A DNA stretch of 64,000 nt from the human T2T-CHM13v2.0 reference genome, Homo sapiens, in the NCBI RefSeq assembly GCF_009914755.1, contig NC_060925.1. One strand, given 5' to 3'. Shown here piece by piece: positions 50,585 through 64,000 of this stretch (within the stretch, counting starts at the first letter, position 1; each line of letters opens with the position of its first letter). The notes beneath the pieces are model-generated. The model saw only the letters and a list, made by a program, of their open reading frames with translations. It was not told the DNA's origin and ran no database searches. A program made the translations under genes and the position numbers.

Positions 50585-52071
50585 CCATCTTTGGAGACTA
50601 GCTAGCACATGGGCCTTCTCCATCTGTAGCTACACTTCTAGAACAGACATGGCTTCCAAGGCCACTGCAGCAGCTGGAGGAAGAGCTCAGGGTCCTGTGG
50701 GATGTTCCTCAGGCTCAGATCTGTGGTTCCGCCCACATTCTATTGGCCATAATCTCGCTCCCTAGCCTCCACTTGACAGCAAGGAACCTAAGGGAAGGGA
50801 TCTGCTGAGGGCAATCTCTGCCACAAGGAGCAAGTGAAAGCAAGTAGAGAGGAAGCCAAGACTGATGCCCAAGTGGGAGAGGTGCTGAGGAGAGAGGTCT
50901 TTTTTTTTTTTTTTTGACAGAGTTCTGAATGTTTCAGAGTAGTCCAAGTGCACCCAAAAGCACAATAATTAAATGAGGGGCAGGAGAGTGGTTTAGAAGA
51001 AGATTGTTTTTCTGGATTCAGCTCCAACAAAGTTTGTCCTGCAGGTCTTGGTGCGGTGCCATGGTCCTTCTCGCCAATAATATTCAGCCTGGATACCCCG
51101 CTGTGGCTCTACCAGGGAGGAAAATATTTTCCTGCCACTGCCCTGAGCCTCCTGACTGACCCCAGCTGCCTTAGACATCCCAGCTTTTGGGACTACCCCA
51201 GACCTCCCTATAACCAGCAATCAGAGGCTGGCACAGCAAGGGTGCTTTGGAACCCTGCCTGGTGCTCCAGGGTGACAGGCAGCACCTGCTGTCATTGGTC
51301 AGTGTCTGTGCAGTATTTGCTAGAGTTTTGTGGATCTCAGCCTTGAAATCTGTGTCTTTCTATAGTCAAAGGATCTGAGTTGGGAGAAGGCACCTAGATA
51401 TGCTCCACCATAGCGTTCTGGTGTTTCCTGTCATCTCTGAAGCCTCTGAGCTCTTATAACAGGGGCTTAAAGATGGTAGCATTGAGATATGAAGGCTTGT
51501 AGTTGTTGTCCAGTTCAGGGGACTTTAACTCCAGGTATCTGGAACTTAGAATAAATCCTCATGCCCTCACCATGGCAACAGGGCTCACCTCCTCTGTCTC
51601 ATACCTCTCCCTCCCTTGGCCACTATTGCTACAGATATCCTGACCCTTTTACCTCTTTATCAAATAAGCCCACTCTGCCCCAGGGCCTTTGCATGGGCTT
51701 ACTTTCCTCCAAGAATAATTTACTCCTGATATTTGCCTGACTAAATCCTTCTCACCTTTCTGATTGCAAAGAGGCTTCCTTGACAACTCATTCTGAAGCA
51801 GCTTTTCCCTCCAGTCTAGCTACTTTCTCTTTCGTTATTCTGTTTGATTTTATTTATAGCACTTAGCACTGTATGACATTGTTTATTTTGAAATTGTTTA
51901 TTTCTCTCTCCTCAATAATATAAGCCCAAAAAAGACAAGGAATATGTTTTTGATTCTGTTTCTATCCCCGGGCCCTAGAATAGGGTCTGGGAGATAGTTG
52001 CAGCAGAATCCCTAGCTGAAATGGCAATCTTGTGCTAACTGGAAAAAAAGAGCTCCCTTGCCCCCATCCCT

Positions 52072-57880
<5,809 letters not shown>

Positions 57881-57936
57881 CAGCTCTTTATAGTTTAAGA
57901 GGAAGGATAAACCTTAAGAGATCACAACACTATATT

Positions 57937-58470
57937 TGTGTCAGGGATCCACAAGACTGCCTCCATGTTTGGAGATTTGCTAGAAGGACTCATGGGATCA
58001 GCTTAGGGTTGTAATGGCTAAGATTTATTACTGTAACATAGTATGGATATATAGTAGAAAGATCTCAATGGCAAAAGACACTGACAGAGTCTGGAAAAAT
58101 CCATGTACCGGCTTCCTTATGTGCTGTGCCTTCCATGAGGATCACACAGACTACCTTCTTTCCCCCTTAATGAAAATACAACAACCTATGTGACTTCCCA
58201 AGAAACACAGGTTTTATCTCGGCTGGGTCACATATGTGTACTCTGCCTAGCATGTGTGAAATTTCCAGACTCACAAAAAGAATAGCAGGATAAGCCACAT
58301 TATTTCCATAGTCTAGATACAGTAAACCATGATTACCAGTTATGGAACCCTCTTGAAATTCAAGTCCTCAGAAGCCAGCCTAGGACCAACTGTGCAGACA
58401 GACAGACCCTCCTTCACAGGATAATATAATAGTCTCAGATCTGCTTTGTTAATTTTTGTTTGCATAGAGT
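57937..58470. mobile_element. MER21-like LTR
   Basis: tgtgtcagggatccacaagac...atttgctagaaggactcatggg...atggctaagatttattac. Confidence 0.65.
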
Positions 58471-58684
58471 TTTATAATTGGAAGATGTCTCAAATGCTAC
58501 ATATTTCTGTCTAATGGACTTTAGTAAGAGTGTTGTATAGTATACAACATGGAATTATTCTCCATTATAGGCAGGCTGTGATAAGTGTTCTAATGTTTAT
58601 ACAAAAGAACTCTGTAACTTTGAGCAGAGTAAAGAGAGTGTTAACGATACTTTTGACTGCAAATAGTGGAAAAATGTTGTGTTT

Positions 58685-60850
58685 AACTCTGAAATATGCT
58701 TTGCCTGATATTAGTATTTCTATTCTAGCTTTCTCTTGACTAGCGTAAGCATGGTATATATTATTCCATTCTTTTATTTTAACCTGTTTGCATCTTTGTA
58801 TTTAACTTGTGTTTCTTGAAGGTGATAGTTTTATTTCTCTGATAAAAACATATAAGAAGACAATCACATTAAATGTATATGGTCTAAAACCTCTGCTTTT
58901 TAATTGGGGGTATTTAGACCATGTACATTTAATATGATTGTCTTCTTATGTTTTCTATTTATCTCTATCTGTTCCTTGCATTTTTCTTGCATCCCCCACC
59001 TGCCAAGATGGGGTCTTGCTCTGTCACCCAAGCTAGAGTGCAGTGGTGTGATCATACCTTACTGCAGCCTTGACCTGCTAGGCTCAAGTGATCTACCTCA
59101 GCCTCCCAATAGTGGAGACCACAGTTGTGCACCATCATACCCGGCTACTTTATTTTTTTATATATGGGGTCTCACTATGTTGTCCAGGCTGGTCTCATAC
59201 TCCTGAGCTCAAGTGAGTCTCCTGCCTTGGCCACCCAGAGTGCTGGGATTACAGGTGTGAGCCATTGCACCTGGTCTTCTTGCATGCTTTTACTTTATTT
59301 ATTTATTTATTTTTTTTGAGAGAGAGAGTCTCGCTCTGTTGCCAGGCTGGAGTGCAGTGGCGCTATCTTGGTTCACTAGAGTCTCCGCCTCCTGGGTTCA
59401 AGCGATTCTCCTGCCTCAGTCTCCTGAGTAGCTGGGATTACAGGTGTGCACCACCACACCCAGCTAATTTTTGTATTTTTAGTAGAGACGGGGTTTCACC
59501 ATGTTGGCCAAGATGGTCTCGATCTCCTGACTTTGTGATCCGCTTACCTTGGCCTCCCAAAGTGCTGGGATTACAGGCGTGAGCCACCGTGCCCAGCTTA
59601 CATTATTTATTATGATTCCAGTTTGCCTCTTTTTATTACTTTTACCTATTTTTAAAAATTATTTTTGTGGTTCCTTTAAGATTATAGTGCACATTTAGAG
59701 AGGTCAAGTAATATTGTACACTTCATCTATAATAAAAGCATTCCTTCATTTACTTTCTTTTCCTCCCTCCTGCACTTTGTGCTATTGCTGCCATGCATTT
59801 GACTTTTACATATGTTATAAACTCTGTAACATTTTGCTGTTTTTTTATTAAACATGTATCTCTTAGAGATTTAAATAATAAAAAATTTAAAAGATGTTTG
59901 CTCATATAGTTACCACTTTGGTGCTCTTTATTCCTTCGTATTGATCCAGATTTTCATCTGACATCATTTTGTTTCTGAAGAATATCCTTTAACATTTCTT
60001 GCAGTGAAGGTCTCCTGGTGATGAATTATTTCATTATTTATGTTTCTGGTGTGTCTTTATTTCACCTTCATTTTTGAAAGATATTTTTGCTAGGCATAGA
60101 ATTCTAGTTGGCCTTTTTTCTTCTAGAACTTTAGAGATGTACCGCTGTCTTCTCACTTGCATTGTTTCTCAAAAGAAATCTGATGTTGTTCTTATCTTTG
60201 TTCTTCTATAGGTAACATGTCTTTTTATACACCTGCTATTAATAATGTTTCCTTGATTTTGAACAATTTGATTATGTTATCCCTTAGTGTAATTTTCTTC
60301 ATGTTTCTTGTGCTTGGGGTTTGCTGAGTTTCTTGGATCCGTGAGTTAATAGGTCTTGTTATGGCTAGAACATTTTCAGCAGTTGTTTCTTCAAGTATTT
60401 TTTTTCTCTTTCTTTTTTTTCTCCTTTGGGGACTCCAGTTACCTGCATATTATTAGGCCATTTGAAGTTGCCTGACTGCTCACTGATGCTTTTTAAAAAT
60501 CACTTTTTAACATTTTTTTTTCTTTTTGTACTTTAGCTAGTGTCTGTTCTTGTATCTTCAAGTTTGCTAATCTTTTCTTCTGCAGTTTCTAATCTGCCTT
60601 AGTTCATCCAATGTAATTTTCATCTCAAATGTTTTTGTCTTTGAAAGTTTGATTTTGGCTTTTCTTGTTTATCTCCCATGTCTCTATTTAATGTTTTGAT
60701 TATATGAGATACATGTATAAAAACAGTTTTAATGTCCTCCTCTGCTAATTTTAACATCTATTTAAGTTCTGGGTCAGTTTTGATTGATTATTTTCAGTTT
60801 GCATCATGATTGTCTGCTGCTTTTTATGCCTGGTAATCCTTATTTAGTTG
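58685..60850 (-). mobile_element. L1M internal fragments with two inserted Alus (~59006-59275, ~59290-59598)
   Basis: tttatttcaccttcatttttgaaagatatttttgctaggcatagaattctagttgg; gggactccagttac. Confidence 0.75.
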
Positions 60851-61883
60851 TAAAATTTACCGACAAAAGCAAAGTGACAAAAGGAGATAGGAAATATCAT
60901 GAAAACAATTTCTCCAAAAAAAAAAAAACTTATGATGCCTAATCCCCTGAATAAAGACATTTAAGCCTTTCTTGCTTCATATTTAGACAAAAATCTTCCT
61001 GCTTATGTTCCTATTTCATCTCTGAAAACAGTGTAAGCAACCAGTTGTCCGAGGCACCATTCTTGGACAGTAATAATGTGCTGTCCTTCGTATATGAAGA
61101 TGTAATTACTGTAGTAGCAACAAAAACCTAAGCTTTTGGATTGGATTCTGTTTTGGTTTTATTTTCTTCTACCACTACAATAAATGACACATAATCTTTC
61201 ACTCTTAACAATAAATGGTGCATAATTTTAAGACAATTATGTGGAATTCAGAGAGAAATTCATGCTCATGGAACACGATTTATATTCTGTGAAGTATTAA
61301 CAATGACTTAATGAATGAACACGTAATCTGATTTAACTAACACCATCTTATTAATTGATATTACATACACAGATCAAAATTTTGTAATATATTGAACAGG
61401 ACTTAACAGAAAACTACATATATGTAAGTGATTAATAATCTTTCAATACGATGATGAAGCCAACAGAAAACTATAAAAACTATATTTGAGAAAGATGGAA
61501 AGTGGTAATAGGAGTATATATGTTCTCCAACTTCTAAATTAGAGAAAATCTTACGAGTCAGCAAGTTAACACTTAATTTGATTATTTTTGATGTTACCAG
61601 CCCCAGAAATAGCATTCTGAAACAGATTACAGGCTTTCTTCTTTCTATTTGTTGATACATCAACTACCACAACTCACCTTTCATTTTGTTGCTAAATTTT
61701 CAGAATAAAGTGTGTGTGTGTGTTAAAATTCTCCTGCTAAAATAATCTTTCTATGTTCTTACATATTTAGGTTTGGAATATGGTTCATGATGGCAGAATT
61801 GTCCAGGTCAATATAGTAAAATACTCTGACCAAGACAGTAGGACCCAGACTCAAGCTGGGGAAGAGATAAATAAGCTCAGTTA

Positions 61884-64000
<2,117 letters not shown>

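Overview
Primate (human-like), repeat-rich genomic DNA with about 45 Alus plus L1, L2/MIR, MaLR/ERV1 solo LTRs and DNA-transposon fossils. The only recognisable gene content is an unprocessed, duplicated pseudogene of OTOP1 (otopetrin-1 proton channel) on the + strand. Exons 2, 4, 5 and 6 are present with canonical splice sites (12198-12334, 16832-16957, 21411-22358, 30559-30729). Exon 3 was not found. Exon 4 has a 5-bp deletion giving an immediate TGA, exon 5 has +9, +4 and -3 indels, and the conserved FYR motif reads FYA. Exon 1 would lie upstream of the window. The parent comparison uses my recollection of the human OTOP1 protein, not an alignment. The most unusual unexplained structure is a cluster of three templated rearrangements in the intron-1-equivalent region: two local inverted duplications at ~95% identity, and a 537-bp segment of older DNA inside a TSD-flanked Alu. 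Downstream are two motif-rich promoter/insulator-like patches (~36.5 kb and ~38 kb) and, after ~54.7 kb, an AT-richer segment with exon-like fragments I cannot assign. No intact protein-coding gene, structural RNA gene or CRISPR array is supported. Repeat family calls and most repeat boundaries are by eye and approximate.
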